The notes under the pieces: generated by a model
What the model was told of the DNA's origin: nothing
What the model saw: the letters and a program-made list of their open reading frames with translations, nothing else
Databases searched by the model: none
Part shown: piece by piece, positions 62,020 through 64,000 of the stretch
Layout of the letters: each line of letters begins with the position of its first letter
Numbering within the stretch: the stretch's first letter is position 1
Position numbers and translations under genes: made by a program
Origin: an uncultured Acidobacteriota bacterium
Lineage (GTDB): Bacteria; Acidobacteriota; Thermoanaerobaculia; UBA5066; Gp7-AA6
Assembly: GCA_963764715.1 (NCBI GenBank)
Contig: CAVXTP010000021.1
Coordinates: forward strand, 160,001 to 224,000
Direction: 5' to 3'
Length of the DNA: 64,000 bases

Positions 62020-64000
62020 ATGACGCTCGCCGCCGGAACCAAGCTCGGCCCCTACGAGATCCTGGCGCCCCTCGGCGCGGGCGGGATGGGGGAGGTCTAC
62101 AAAGCGCGCGATACGCGGCTCGAGCGGATGGTGGCGGTGAAAGTGCTGCCGGAGCGGCTGGCGGAGGACGCCGACGCGCTGGCGCGGTTCGGGCGCGAGG
62201 CGAAGGCCGTCGCGGCGCTGTCGCACCCGAACATCCTCGCGATCCACGACTTCGGGCACGAGGGCAGCGTCGCTTACGCCGTGTCCGAGCTTCTCGAAGG
62301 GGAGACGCTGCGCGAAGCGCTGGCGTCCGGACCGCTGTCTTCCCGCAAGGCGAGGGAGTACGGAGTGCAGATCGCGCTGGGCCTCGCCGCGGCGCACGAG
62401 AAGGGGATCGTCCATCGGGACCTGAAGCCCGACAACATCTTCGTGACGCGGGACGAGCATCTGAAGATCCTCGACTTCGGGCTCGCGAAGCCGGGCGCGG
62501 GGCCCGCGACGGCTCGCGACGAGACGCAGTCCCCGACGGTGTCGGGCTACACGGAGCCGGGCAAGGTCATGGGGACCGTCGGCTACATGTCGCCGGAGCA
62601 GGTCCGGGGCATGGCGGTCGACCACCGGTCCGACATTTTTTCTTTCGGGGCGGTGCTGTACGAGATGCTGACGGGAAGCCGCGCGTTTCAGCGGGAAACC
62701 GCGGCCGAGACGATGACGGCGATCCTGAAGGAGGACCCGCGGGAGCCGTCGTCGGTGGGGGCGGACGCGGCGGCGCTCGTCCCGGTGCTGCGGCACTGCC
62801 TGGAGAAGAAACCCGAGAAGCGGTTCCAGTCGGCGAGGGACCTCGCGTTCGCCCTGGAGACGGCGGCCGGCACAACGGGCTCGGCCGCCGTCGCGGCCGT
62901 GCCGCCGCCGCCGCTCTCGGCTGCGCTCGGGAGGTGGCTCGGTGTCGCGGCCCTCGTCGCCGCCGCGGCCGCCGCCGGTTATTTCTTCCGTCCCGGCCGC
63001 GCCGCATCGCCAGAGCCGGACTGGAGCGAGGCGACGATCGCGCCGCTGACGACCGATCCCGGCTACGAAGGGGAGCCGACGTTCTCTCCCGACGGGCAGA
63101 CGATCGCCTACGTCTCCGACCGCGACGGGAACTTCGAGATCTACCTGCAGCAGGTCGCGGGCGGCCCGGCGCTCAATCTCACGAACAACCCGGCCGCGGA
63201 CATCCAGCCCGCGATTTCTCCCGACGGCCGCGAGATCGCCTTCGTCTCGAATCGTTCGGGCGGCACGGACATCATGCACGCGGCCCCCAAGCTGCCCGTC
63301 GTCGGGGGCGACATCTGGGTGATGCCCGCCCTCGGGGGCCCGGCGCGCCGGATCGTTGAGAACGGGAATTTCCCGTCCTGGACACCGGACGGCGCGAACC
63401 TCGTCTACGTTCACGGCACGTTTCGGAATGTGCGAATCGCGATCGTGCCCGCGGCGGGCGGGGAGAGCCGCGACCTGCCGATCGAGGAGCCGTTCGTTCT
63501 CCGCTATTTCTTTCCCAGCATCTCGGAGGACGGAAAGTGGCTCCTCTACCAGAACGGCCACCAGGTCGAGGTCGTCCCCGCGGGAGGCGGAAAGCCGAAG
63601 GAACTCGCCCGGGGCGAGGCGCCCGCGTGGTGGCCCGGTTCGACGAGCGTCCTTTTCACCAGCAACACGCCCGGCAAGGGCCGGAGCCTCTGGAGGGCGC
63701 CGTTCTCGCTCGCGCGCGGCGAACTCTCGGGGCGGCCGCGGCCGCTGACCTTCGGGCGCGGCGCCGACCTCGGAGCGAAGGTCTCGCGGGACGGAAAAAC
63801 GATCGCATTCTCCGCCGTGGAGGAGAGCCTCAACCTCGAGGAGATTCCTTTCGATGCGGAGGCCGGTCGCGTGACCGGCCCGTCCCGGGAATTGACCGCC
63901 GGAAGCAACCGGGTGGGGTTCTTCGATGTCTCGCCGGATGGGAAGGCGGTCGTCTTCGAGGCGGAGCGGGGCGACCGGTCGCATCTCTGGCGTATCGATC
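62020..64000 (+). CDS. Ser/Thr receptor kinase with TolB-type beta-propeller (array gene 10, truncated by window end)
   Basis: Manual translation [27 protein letters not shown]...HRDLKPDN...DFGLAK...YMSPE, then TM helix and [18 protein letters not shown]; no stop seen before 64000. Confidence 0.9.
   Translation, partial: MTLAAGTKLGPYEILAPLGAGGMGEVYKARDTRLERMVAVKVLPERLAEDADALARFGREAKAVAALSHPNILAIHDFGHEGSVAYAVSELLEGETLREALASGPLSSRKAREYGVQIALGLAAAHEKGIVHRDLKPDNIFVTRDEHLKILDFGLAKPGAGPATARDETQSPTVSGYTEPGKVMGTVGYMSPEQVRGMAVDHRSDIFSFGAVLYEMLTGSRAFQRETAAETMTAILKEDPREPSSVGADAAALVPVLRHCLEKKPEKRFQSARDLAFALETAAGTTGSAAVAAVPPPPLSAALGRWLGVAALVAAAAAAGYFFRPGRAASPEPDWSEATIAPLTTDPGYEGEPTFSPDGQTIAYVSDRDGNFEIYLQQVAGGPALNLTNNPAADIQPAISPDGREIAFVSNRSGGTDIMHAAPKLPVVGGDIWVMPALGGPARRIVENGNFPSWTPDGANLVYVHGTFRNVRIAIVPAAGGESRDLPIEEPFVLRYFFPSISEDGKWLLYQNGHQVEVVPAGGGKPKELARGEAPAWWPGSTSVLFTSNTPGKGRSLWRAPFSLARGELSGRPRPLTFGRGADLGAKVSRDGKTIAFSAVEESLNLEEIPFDAEAGRVTGPSRELTAGSNRVGFFDVSPDGKAVVFEAERGDRSHLWRID

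Noticed and set aside
37259-64000. Diversity-generating retroelement acting on the kinase array
   Set aside because: No reverse transcriptase or non-coding template repeat in the window; the paralog differences I inspected are mainly synonymous third-position changes, not adenine-specific.
37259-64000. Integron cassette array (same-strand genes plus a TA module)
   Set aside because: Intergenic gaps of -4 to 21 nt leave no room for attC sites; no integrase seen.
20764-64000. CRISPR-like periodic repeats from recurring GGCGCGGGCGGGATGGG.GAGGT and TCGCCGGACGG strings
   Set aside because: These are coding repeats (kinase glycine loop at ~2.65 kb period; SPDG propeller blades), not repeat-spacer arrays.

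Overview
GC-rich bacterial DNA. Gene content and kinase style suggest Acidobacteriota (Thermoanaerobaculia/Vicinamibacteria-like); this is inference only. The first ~20 kb is mostly metabolic. It holds a cupredoxin / HAMP-Ser/Thr-kinase / secreted-protein operon, an OPT transporter, an aldolase-tdh-hypothetical-kbl operon, a GlcD-like / PTPS-like / NmrA / TauE / MBL-rhodanese / M18 run, RluA, a serine hydrolase and an S10 peptidase. From 20.7 kb to the end, the window is dominated by 14 same-strand paralogous Hanks-type Ser/Thr receptor kinases. Each has an N-terminal kinase, one TM helix and a C-terminal sensor (13 PD40/TolB-like beta-propellers, 1 TPR type). Ten of them form a near-uninterrupted, tightly packed tandem array (37259 to >64000) broken only by a vapBC toxin-antitoxin pair. 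Neighbouring copies share near-identical kinase domains but have divergent or swapped propellers, which suggests a recombination-diversified receptor repertoire. Also present: GTAG-type REP elements, a highly structured intergenic element, a motif shared upstream of kinase units, and many apparently leaderless genes. No rRNA, tRNA, CRISPR, transposase, integrase or reverse transcriptase was recognised.
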